A DNA stretch of 64,000 nucleotides from Paraspadella gotoi (taxonomy: Eukaryota; Animalia; Chaetognatha). Numbering within the stretch: the first letter of the stretch is position 1; the number at the start of each line of letters is the position of its first letter. Location: contig CM119266.1 in NCBI GenBank assembly GCA_051294375.1, positions 20,966,840 through 21,030,839 on the forward strand. Reading direction: 5' to 3'. The notes beneath the pieces were generated by a model. It made no database searches. It was not told where the DNA came from and worked only from the letters and a program-made list of their open reading frames with translations. Position numbers and translations under genes: made by a program. Below, piece by piece: positions 13,910 through 24,986 of the stretch.

Positions 13910-16105
13910 ATGCAAGAGAAAGGCGCAAACAGGTAGGTAAAATTGAATGAAAAACGTCAGTTTTAAAAAAAGTACTTTAATTTTTTCGGTTCAAGAATAA
14001 AAAAGTGTAGTTTTTTTAAATGTTTTGACGGTAAAGGAGGGCGTGGCCGCAGACGAGGAAAGCGCTCGGCCTCGTTATCGTTCTCGCCGCTTTTTTTTTC
14101 GCCATCTACTTTCTTCGACCAAGCGCCGTCGTACCAGACTTATCATGGACGGTAATTCCGACGCTTTACAAGGGTATCGAAAAATTACAAAGCCAAAAAC
14201 TTTCACCTATTATTGCATTTAGATTGATTTAGCATTGCGTAGAAATTATAGTTCCTATGCTATTTAATAGTGTTTAACTGTTTATAGTACCATAAACGGG
14301 TTTTAAATCTTTTTTTTGCCAAACGATAGCTCATTCGAATCGGAGAAAGCAAAAATTATCATATTTATTTTGGCGGTATATTCAGTTATTCACACCGCCT
14401 CACATACACAATCGGTCAGCCATTACCATTGGCTCAAAGGGGAACACACCATCCCAGGCGTTGTGTTCCATCTACAGTTCTAACGACTTCCCTATGCCTT
14501 TGTCAACCAGGACCCCCCTAGGGTAACCGCGCCAGTGACGGGAGGCGTCACTGTGATGCCCCATCTTAATGGGCATCACAGGCAACCCTGTTGTCATAAT
14601 ATCCCTCATTGTCTTTCGCTTTTCATAAGCACTGCATAAAAGTTTATTTTACAACGTAAATCATTTCGATTGAATTCCCCGAACTTTAATTGACAGTTGG
14701 TAACCACGAGAGAAGAAAACAAAGACGTCACCTTCGACTCTTTAGAAAAGTATCGCAATCTCGTGAACACGTTAATAGTAAGTACCGCATGACGGGAAGA
14801 CCGAGCAAATTCTTGGTTCCCGATTATCACAAGCAATCCCACAGTGGCCTTACCTCATCATTAAGTAAAAGTTGCAGATCAAAATTCGAATAGTTGTTCA
14901 TGAACAGTCTTGTACTAAAAAAAAAATAAAAATTAATTTATCAATTTTCGCATTCGCCTATAATTATACAATATATACATAGTACTTACTATTTTTTTAG
15001 TTTTGAAAGCAGATTCGAATTCCTCATTAAAAGTTGATAAAAGAAAATATAAGTTTTAATCAAAAATTTTTTCATTAAGTTAGCTAAAAATTTAAAAAAC
15101 TATGAAATAAAAATTGTTGTTAAATCTCTCTTCAAACTTTGTTCTAAATTATTTATACTAAAATTAAATTAAAGGCTAACTATAACAGTTTTTTTGATTT
15201 TGACCCACTTAATGAAATAATTTTCTAAAAAGAGTTATATTTTCTTTCATCAACTTTTCGTGAGGAATTCGAATCTGCTTTTAAAAATAAGAAAACATTT
15301 ATAAAATTTTGTTATTTTCTATGGTGAGTACTATGTATAAATATGGGCGTATGCGAAAATTGAAAAATAAATTGATTCTACTTGATTTTAATATTTTTGC
15401 TACGCTTTACTGATCATTTTAGAAGTAGATGTTTGTTAGCTGGAAATCCAGTCTCGCGAACAAAAATTCTATTCCATCAGAAACAACGCAATGCCCTTTC
15501 CTTGAAAGCGAATTCGTTGGCGAAAGAATTCACTAAGTGTCAATGTGAATCACTCGACTCCGTGAAGAGACAGTGGCGTGATTCCTGGCCTTCGCCGGAA
15601 ATGAACCAAATCACGGACGAAGAAAACACCGTCAGCGGACTCGGCGGGTGGTGCATGGAGGCCGGAAAGACTCAGAGCAGCCAACATCTCACCGACTACT
15701 TTTTGGCACAATTCTTGGCCGGATTTTGGGCCGGTTTGCTAATGATTGTTGTTCTTGGTCATGTTGTTATTTTAGACTTTCGGTGTCGATTTCAAACGTA
15801 AAGCATCGAAATGTAGTAGTATAACAAATATTAATTTACTAAATCATGAATTAAGACTAAACTCGATCAGGTAAAATTGTGGGCAGCTTCGGCGACGGCC
15901 CCGGCCTCTACAAACGCGCGCTCGACAAGACGGGTCTCCTGAAGTCCTACACGGCCTTTGACGGAGCACCCTTCGTGGAGACAACTTCAGATGAAACCGT
16001 TCGTCATCTTGATTTGACCGTCCCCGCCTTCGGCCTTCCTGTCTTCGATTGGGTCCTCAGTCTCGAAGTCGCCGAGCACATCCCGAGACAATATGAGAAG
16101 TGGGT

Positions 16106-16172
<67 letters not shown>

Positions 16173-16460
16173 TCTCTCCCTTCTTTACCTGCTCAACTCA
16201 GCGTCTTCGTGGACAACCTGGCCCGGCACGCCTCGGAAGGCATCGTCATCTCGTGGGCGAAGTTGGACCAAGGGGGTCTCGGTCACGTCAATTGTCGTTC
16301 CATCGAGTTCGTCGTCGCCAAATTGTCCGACGCGGGATTCGAACTCGACGTGGACGCATCGAGGCGCGTGAAGAGCGCGGCGACGCTACCCTGGCTCAGA
16401 GATAACGTCTACGTGTATCGGCGGAGAGATGGCACGACGGCGGATGAGAACATGGCGTGA
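13910..16460 (+). CDS. Type II membrane class I SAM-dependent methyltransferase-like protein; 6 exons, about 319 aa
   Basis: Exons 13910-13932, 14037-14151, 14697-14777, 15481-15733, 15871-16099, 16202-16460 (960 nt, phases consistent). Basic N-tail then hydrophobic anchor RKALGLVIVLAAFFFAIYFLR, a helical stalk, glycine-rich motif I variant GKIVGSFGDGPGLY, then YTAFDG, FDWVLSLEVAEHIP and GIVISWA...GHVNCR. The ERERE stretch in the ORF track is a (GA)n inside intron 16100-16201. Confidence 0.85.
14935..15372. mobile_element. About 440-bp palindromic MITE-like element in methyltransferase intron 3
   Basis: Left tcaattttcgcattcgccta...atacatagtacttac...aaagcagattcgaattcctca mirrors right tgaggaattcgaatctgcttt...gtgagtactatgtat...tgggcgtatgcgaaaattga. 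Confidence 0.7.
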
Positions 16461-16464
16461 AAGA

Positions 16465-16534
<70 letters not shown>

Positions 16535-16864
16535 GAGAGAGAGAGTGAGAGAGTGAGTTTGAAACTGTCTTTAAAAACAAAGCGCTTTTTCAAAAGTATT
16601 ATTCATAGTAATTTTTCTGCTGATTATAGTCAATATAAAAAAAACTTTCTGATTCTTTTAAATTCTTAAAGCTAAAAAATAAAAACAAATTGTTGTTAAA
16701 AACAAATTTTTCGTTAAATCTCCTATCAAAATTCTTAAAGAATAAACTGCTCGCCGATGATTAAAACATAAATTCGATTCTATCCGGGATTTTATTATTT
16801 TCTTTATATAAAACAATTTCATAAAATCAACAAGCCGAATTCCGAGTGATCCCGATCGACGTTA

Positions 16865-18333
16865 TCACTTGGAGCGAGTGAGATCCTCCAAGGATTGTAC
16901 GGCGGGTTTGACGAGTTTGAGCGAACCTTGAAGGACGCGTTTCTTGTAATCGTCGCAGATCTCACGATGCGAAGGATCTCTCGTCCTCTCGGTGTCGCGA
17001 CACCTGTTATCGCAGAACCGGGCCGATTCGCAAGTGTCGCAACTGACGAACGCGTTGCCTTGTGATTTTAGAATCCAAAGTTTTTATTGTGCATATTCTT
17101 TTACTGTCTAGTGGAGTCGTAAAATAGGTTTTGAATTGGGTAAAAGGATCACTCTTTTATATCGTAATGTTTTGATAGTGTTTAATACTTTGACCAAGTA
17201 CAAATCCACCATCCCATAAGGCTACCGAGTCTCCGATCGCAGTTCCAACAGGAGCTGGAGGCCTCCTTGAAAATGTCTGGCGTCGTGACCATCATTTCAT
17301 CATTCATGAACTTGAACATGCAGCGCAGAAAGGATCTGCAATGTTGAAGATGCTAAACTCGAAAGGTTTCACACCGATGCGATCGATGTGAATCGAGGCG
17401 ACCGCAGTTCAATCGTACAGTTCGATCGAAAAATTATCCCACTCACACGCACCTTCTCTCCGGTACGAGAGTGCAAAGATACAAGTATCTCCAGTGATTG
17501 GCTTTTTTGAAGTCGTTTTGCTCGATAATCGTTGGCGGACGAAGGCCGGTCTTGTATTCTTTTAAAGGGATCCAGTAATGATTCGGCAGCAAACTGGATT
17601 TCTCTTGATGAGCGATAGTCGGAAAATAAAAACGAAAACTAAGCTACATAAACACTATTTAAATACTACTTAATAAAGTACATTTTTAAAAAATTTAAAA
17701 AATTAAAGATTAGAGTCAACATGATCGACAAACAAGGAACCCACCCTTCCCCCGTCCCATCTTTCACCGGAATAAAACGTGATGTCGACGAGCTGCTTCT
17801 TGATCCCCAATCTGACCCAAGCGTGAGGAATCGAACTGAAGCCTCTATCCAGAAATCCGTATATCTGGTCGCAGGGCATCGACATCGCGTCGAAGCAGAC
17901 CTTCTCCACCTGAAGATCGAAAAAAAAAAAACGAGACTCGATCATCGAAGGTCCTCGATATGCAAAGCGCCGAGGCACCTCGCTGATGAAGTAGCAGAGG
18001 TTCGTGAGTCCGTGACTTTGCTGTTCGCACCAGAAGCGTCGCAGAACTTCGTTGCTACGAGACGAAGGGAAGTTTGGTTCGGTCAAGAGAGTCGGTTGAG
18101 TTCGACGAAGCCTTTACCATTTTTCCACCAGGACGCTGTTTCCTTCTCTCAGGTGAAATCGATCCCGATCTTCAGGCTTCACGCATTCCAATCCGCGACA
18201 TTTTTTCGACGCGTGACTCGCGAGGAGATTTCTACAGGGGCCGAGGCTCAAATCCGCGTGGAGTTGCGTCGAACCTTCGTTGACGACGGCGATAATCGAG
18301 AATCAGTGATTCGACATAAGGGGAGTCAGTCAA

Positions 18334-18380
<47 letters not shown>

Positions 18381-19012
18381 AAACCATCTAAAAAAATATT
18401 AACAAAACGAAACATAAAAACTTAACTAAAAAAAAAATCATAAAAATCTGGTTCGAAACACATCTCTGATTAATATGATTATAGTCTAGATATACGCTAA
18501 GAGTCTCTTGTAGTTGAACTTGTGATAGTCAATCGTCCATTCGTCATGGATGCCATAAACTTTTTTACCTTCGAGGTTATTCGCCGAAGAATTGAAATTA
18601 ATTATCTGAATTGAAAGAAAAAAAAATGATGGTATCTTGTGAGCCTGGAAATGTATAACTGTATAACTGTATAAATGTATAAATGTATAACTGCCTTCCT
18701 GACCTCGGGCTCGGTGTCGATCAAGACGCCGTCGGTTGTCGTCGTCGGCCAGGGCGTCTCGTTCTGATCCTGAAATCCCTGCAACGGAGAAGCCAGGTTT
18801 CTGTTCAAGTTCTCTTCGCGCATCTCAGGATCGCGCATGCAGCGGCAGCCGCAGCAGCCTGTTGGGCGAGTCTGATGCAGAGCTTCTGCGAAGAAGATGC
18901 GACGTGGCGGTGCCGAAGGTTCGCCTTCTAAGACCGCTTGGGAAGCCCCGCCCATTTCGTCGGCAGAGACCACGGCGGGTACGGTCCACACGCCCGCGGA
19001 TGGTGCCTCCAT
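16865..19012 (-). CDS. Putative transglutaminase-like (Cys-His-Asp) domain plus C-terminal MYND-type zinc finger protein; 8 exons, about 391 aa
   Basis: Minus-strand exons 19012-18704, 18605-18569, 18274-18118, 18054-17979, 17909-17768, 17603-17453, 17335-17226, 17058-16865 (1176 nt; all 7 GT-AG junctions phase-compatible; ends in TGA). Core reads GLTNLCYFISEVEKVCFDAMSMPCDQIYGFLDRGFSSIPHAWVRLGIKKQLVDITFY; C-terminus reads CWNC-x10-CDTC-x4-FC-x3-C-x10-H-x3-C. The start codon is less certain. Confidence 0.8.
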
Positions 19013-22000
19013 TACAATTTAAAAAAAAAATACGAAAATCAATCTCAACTAAAAAAAAAGAAAAAAAAAAATCTATGACGACGGTAAAGATAGCGAGAAC
19101 TTACTAAAACTAAACGCCTTCTTCATAGGCTATTATTTTTTATATAGCTATAAATGAAAATTTAAAAACCATATTGAAAAAATAAAATTAGTAATTCCAA
19201 ATCATTGCTCACTAAAATTTTCGCAATTTTTGCAATTTTTATAACCAGTGTTCATTTGTTGTATTGAAACTTAACCTAAACTCCACGAGAGGGAACTATT
19301 CGTTTGAGCGCTTTCTTAGATTCAGAGTCAAAAAACAAAAGAGCATAAGTGTACGACGTAACAATTCACATACAAAATTTTCATTAAAAGTAAGTTGAAT
19401 CGATTAGTTATCATTTGTTTTTTGAATTTTTTAAATTTTCTTATGTTTTGCTTCAATACTTGTAAAGAGAAGAATGAAATGGAATGGAAATACTGTAAAA
19501 TGCAGTCAAATCAAGACACCTGAATAGGTATAGAAATTTATCTTTATTTTGACAAAATTTTTGTAAACGAATTCTAAATTACCATGCTTACTTTTGAAAT
19601 GAGGTTAAAGAGAGGAAAGTCAACGGCATTTTTTCAACGATTAACTGCTATTAGTTGCTTTTCTTGGCTACACAGTATATCTCATTTCAACTGACTTCAT
19701 TATTTTTAATATAAAAAAGAACGTAAGTGGTTTCTGCCATAAATGGGTTATTTATTTTCATAAACTTCAGACTTGATGATAATGTTGACAAAGAGTAGTA
19801 CCATGGGCAAATATATGCATCAATGATAATCAATTGTATTCTGTTTTGTTGTTTTCGCGAATAAAAATAATAATAATAATAATAAAAAAGATAAACAAAG
19901 CGGTCGGTTTGACCAACGAAATTTATGTTGTTCAAAATCAAATCGTTACTTCTGACGTAACGACATCCGAGAAGGTCGGAAATAAAATAAAGAGAAAATA
20001 ATGATAAAACTGCAACTAAATTAATCACCCCTAAAGAGTAAGACCACCCTTGGGGTAGAGCGTCACCCCAGGGGGAGAGTCAAACAAAGGGGCCGTCAAC
20101 TGAGGAAAACGTAACGAACGAAAAAATAAAAAGGAAAAAAAAAAGGGACAGAACCAGAATATTTAAAAAGTATAAGCGTTGGTATTTTTTTTTTTTCACA
20201 TTCGAGTGAAAAGCGAACAAGCGACACATTTTTGTTTTGTTTTTTGCACAAAGTTGAAATGATAATAATGATATTAATTACTCGGAAAAAGTACAGGGAG
20301 AAAGTAAAGGCGCGAAACGATGGATTTCAAATAAAAACTTTTTTTTTGTTCTCTTAATACAATTTTTATTTTGTTAGTAAATAAAGGGAAAAAACACATC
20401 GATAGACTTCTGCGCTAATTAGGTTTCCCTATTGGAGATTTACAAATGATAAGGGGCGAATATAACTGAAATGTTGAACCAAATGCTAAATGATAGGATA
20501 CTGCACTTAGTACAAACGGAGCATGTATAAAAAAATATTGAAAACGGCATATTTGACAATTCACTGCCAAAGGAGAAACGGGAAAAATCATTTTACAATA
20601 TCTAGTTGTACACTTTTTTTAGGCACAATCAATAGAAGGTTTTTTTTGTTTCATTTTTAAATGAGATTCGGAAAAGAGATTTGAAAGCAAAATTGTTTTT
20701 AAAAAAAAATTGCCTCCTATAGATAAACTTTATTTCGTTGAAGAAGCGGGAGAGACCGAACGAATAAAAATATTTTTTTAAAAATGATAGTCGAGAGCAT
20801 TGAGAAATTATAATTTTGACGGTTGTCTTTTCTCTTTTTTAAAATTCATACAATCGAATACTTGAAAGGATTGCATTAATCTATAACAAAATGATTTCTT
20901 AGTGATTGTTTACATTTGAGTGGAACATAACATGCAAAGTCACTTAGTCATTTTCGGTGCTTTGTATTTATTATATTCGATGATTATTTTATCACCAAAT
21001 TATCACCAATCTATCGCAATAAATTGAAATGAAAAATAGTTTTAGAGAGTCCAAATGCATAATAATAATTATAATTACATCAATTATCATGTACAAGTCG
21101 TAAAATTTTAAACTTTATTATTTTCTACTCGTTTTGTTTTACAATATTATTTAGTAACATTTTTAATTTTGTTTGTTTCCAACGCTAAAACTTAAAGGAA
21201 AAAAAAATTTGGGCCAATTTTCAAAAGGTTAACGATTTAGCTACAATTGATTTACCGAAAAGAAGTGTTAAAAAGCGCATCTGAACGCAACAAAAGCCCA
21301 GTGCGATTATCTTCCAATTGTTTCAAATAAATTTCGTTTATATTCTTTAAGCTTCATTTGATTAATCTTAACGTAATAATCACACCGACGCTTTGTTGTG
21401 AAGAGAATTACGACGAATAAGGTCGATCATTTTGCGAACGTTTCGCCCAAATGTATTAAAATATTAAAATATGTTAATGTAGGAATTTTCTAGACAACTA
21501 AACCGTTAATTCTCACGATCAGCGCCTTTTAATTTCAGATAACGAGAAAGATAAATACATGGGATGATTGGGAGAAAGGGGGCGAGAGAAAGAATGATTC
21601 TATGTAGAAAGGGAAAAAAAAATGCAGCAGCGTAAATATTTTTGGGCCTCGTTAGTGGAATGAGGGAGAAGATTTCGTTATTAAGAAAAAAAGCTCCCCG
21701 TACCACAATGGGCCCTCGTCATTAGTTTTTTTTTTTTTTTTGAGAAAAGGAGCCTACAACAAGATTAAAAACAAATTAAAGGTAGAAGCGGTATTTCGTT
21801 TAATTACACACGGACCTTCGGTGTTTTTAGTGGTGTTTATTAAAAAAAATTATATCAGGCGATTTAAAAAAAAAGAGCTTTCAATGATCGTCTTCTTAGT
21901 ATAATTTCGTTGGCTTTTCTGTAGTATCAAACTAAAATCGTTGAGGAAATTGCATGAATAAACCAAATATAAACCAAAGAGATAAATAGTTAAACGGGGG

Positions 22001-22086
22001 GAAAAAACCTAAATTTTACGTTGGACCAAAGATCAGCGACAATTGACACGAGAGAACCAATAAAAACAGAGTGAGGCATCTGCATA

Positions 22087-22194
<108 letters not shown>

Positions 22195-23390
22195 CCCTAG
22201 CGTTTAACTCGGCTTTTGTTTTTGGCTGACGACGTTTCGGCCTCTTTCTCGTTTTCCGCTTAACCTCTGGCGAACCCAGGGAGTGACATCCTTTGAATCT
22301 TATTTCCATTTCGTTGTTTTCGTCGTCATCGTCGTCGTCGTCTTTTTATTTGCAACTGAAGGGAGGGGGGGGTTCTTCTGGTTGTCATCAAGTTTACGAT
22401 AAGAGTTAACCATCTATTTCTTTTTTTGTTCGACGCTTTTGCTCGCCGCTCTTTACGCTCGCCGGAGCCATTTCTGAATATTTTCGCGGATTTCTCCGTT
22501 AACGCTTTAGTCTCAACCTTTTCTCTCCTCTTACGAAAATAAAATAAAAATAAAAATATCGATCCGTCAAGAAGTCTAGCGTCGAGTATCGGAACTTCGT
22601 TGCCCTTTTTTTTTTCCGCCAAACGGCGTCGCCTCGAACAATGAGGGTTTGAGATCGACTTCTCTTTCGTCGTTCGCCGGAAATGGGCGTGGCCACGTCT
22701 CATCGTCAAAGCTGGCTGAGACGACGACGACGAGGACTCTTGCGCCGATGACCCGAACTCTTCACCTCGATTCTTCTTCCTTTCTTCATCGGGCTTTTTT
22801 TTAAAACTGTTCTCCATTTTCCGGAGAAAAAGAGAGAATTCATTGACGGATGGATGAAGAGAAAAAGAAAAAAAAAAGAAAAAAAAAGAAGACTCAAACA
22901 ACCTTATTAGAATTTCACACGAGAACCCTTTTCCACTGTCCGTTCTATGCTTACTTTATTGCTTCATACTTTTTTTATTTTTACTCATTTTACTCACTTT
23001 CTGCTATATTTTCTTTTCTCCTATAGTTCTTGCATCTCGTCCTCTCCGTTCCTTATTTCCTTCCTTCCTCACTTCATTTTCCTTTCTCTTCCCGCCTTTT
23101 CCTCTCTTCCTCTTCCCCCCCCTTCCATTTCCTTTATTTTCTTAAGATCTGCGGCGTCGCGAATCGAGAATCTAGAATCCAGAATCGAGAATCGGGAATT
23201 AAGAATCGAACGGCGATCGTTGACCGAAACAGAAAAGACGTCCGGCGGAGGGAAAATCCGAATGCGTTGAGGCGAGAAGGCGACAACCCCGGTTCTCTCC
23301 ACTCCCCCTCACTCCACTCCCCAACTTTTTTTTAGACGAGTGAAACCCCGTTCACGCACCGTTGATCCGCCTCACAACGCCGAATCTCAA

Positions 23391-23470
<80 letters not shown>

Positions 23471-24986
23471 CTTAACAAGTAAATACTAATTTTTTTTTAT
23501 TATTGCTTCCCCTTTTTCTTCTCTCTGTTCCCTCTGTTAATCCTCTATAATTTTTTTTATTAACTCACACACACCCACTGCCCCTCTTCCCCCTTAATGT
23601 ATTCAGAGCAGTTTCTTTTTGTTCCATGAATTTTCACAGTTGTCCGCGCAATGGGCGGGCGGCGCTTTCTCGTCAGAGAGAAAAAGAAACTTTGTTGTAT
23701 CCCATTTCAAATCCGAACTCTCAGAGCCAAGTCACACTCTTTTTTCTCGGGCCTTTGTGCATTTGTTTTACATTTTCAATGAAGGCGCCCTTTTTTTTGA
23801 TCTCTGGTCGATTTTGTTTAGGCCTCTCGTGTCAAAAGCGCCATCTTTGGTAAACTATGGAAGGGTTAGGGGGAGGAAAGTCGATGAGGAAATAGGGGAA
23901 ATAGAATTAGCTGAAAAAAAAAAGTGTAGGGCCCCAAAAAATAAAGACTTCTTACGCAAACAAACGTAAAAGAAATTAAGTTTGGAAAGAAGTTGTCAAC
24001 TAAAGCGGCATCTTTTGACCCCAAGATGCTTTGTGGATGCAATAATCATAACGCAAGTAAAGTCCGCGATTAAATGAAGGTACAATGAAAGAAACGAAAA
24101 AAAAAAAGAAAATTATCAAGCGTAGGTTCGATTACCAACATAACGATCGAGATCTGAAGTTTGTTTTTTCTAATAGCATTCCGTCTTTTCTATTTTTTTT
24201 TAGCAACAACATCATTTAGTTTGTTAATAATGGAACGAGAAATAAGGTATCGCTACACGGTACAGCCGTTAAATCTTTGATGAAGTTCCCAACAAACTTT
24301 TTTTTTTGCTGATATGATTACTTGATATGTATGATTACCGCACGCAGAAAACATCCAAGAAATAATAAAAGAAAATAATTTTCACATTCATAAGCGCACA
24401 CAAAATGGAAGAGTGTCGATCTGCATTATCCTTGATATTAAAATTTTATACATTTTACACATAACATTAAAATTAGCATCTGGGGAGGGAAGATAGAAAC
24501 CAGTATCAGAGAAATTATTAACACGTGAATGTTTTTTTTTTTAGTTGATATGATTTCTGTTAGTTACTAGACAGAGAAATTCTCGTACACGTAAGAAGAC
24601 GCACGAAGCTCACTATGCTGTCTCGCTCTTCGACTGAAACTGCTTGTTTGCTTGTTTTCCTTTGTAAACTATAAAAGGTCTGTGACTTAGAATGTGCATC
24701 AGCGTCGTTTGCCACCCCGTCAACGCTTGATCGTTGACGATATAAATTGGGAAGAGCGGGATTCTTTGTTTGTATATCATACAAACGAACTGAAGATAAG
24801 TCGTTCTTCGAAAAAACTCTTCGTCTAATTCTAGTTTTGAGAGAAATTGGAGACAACAAAACCAAGAAAAAAAGCCATTTTCAGGTATATGTGCAGATAC
24901 TTTGTTCTCACTTTGACCCCCGCGATTAAAAGAAGAGGGAGTCTTTTTCTGGATGAGATTTTCCTCGGATTGATTGCCATGCGGAT

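Noticed and set aside
14551-14581. CTGTGATGCCC resembles a conserved 18S rRNA segment
   Set aside because: Only an 11-nt match with no flanking rRNA similarity; explained as a local hairpin.
17721-18425. 234-aa plus-strand ORF
   Set aside because: Antisense shadow of the TGase-MYND exons; ends in a microsatellite and has no motif.
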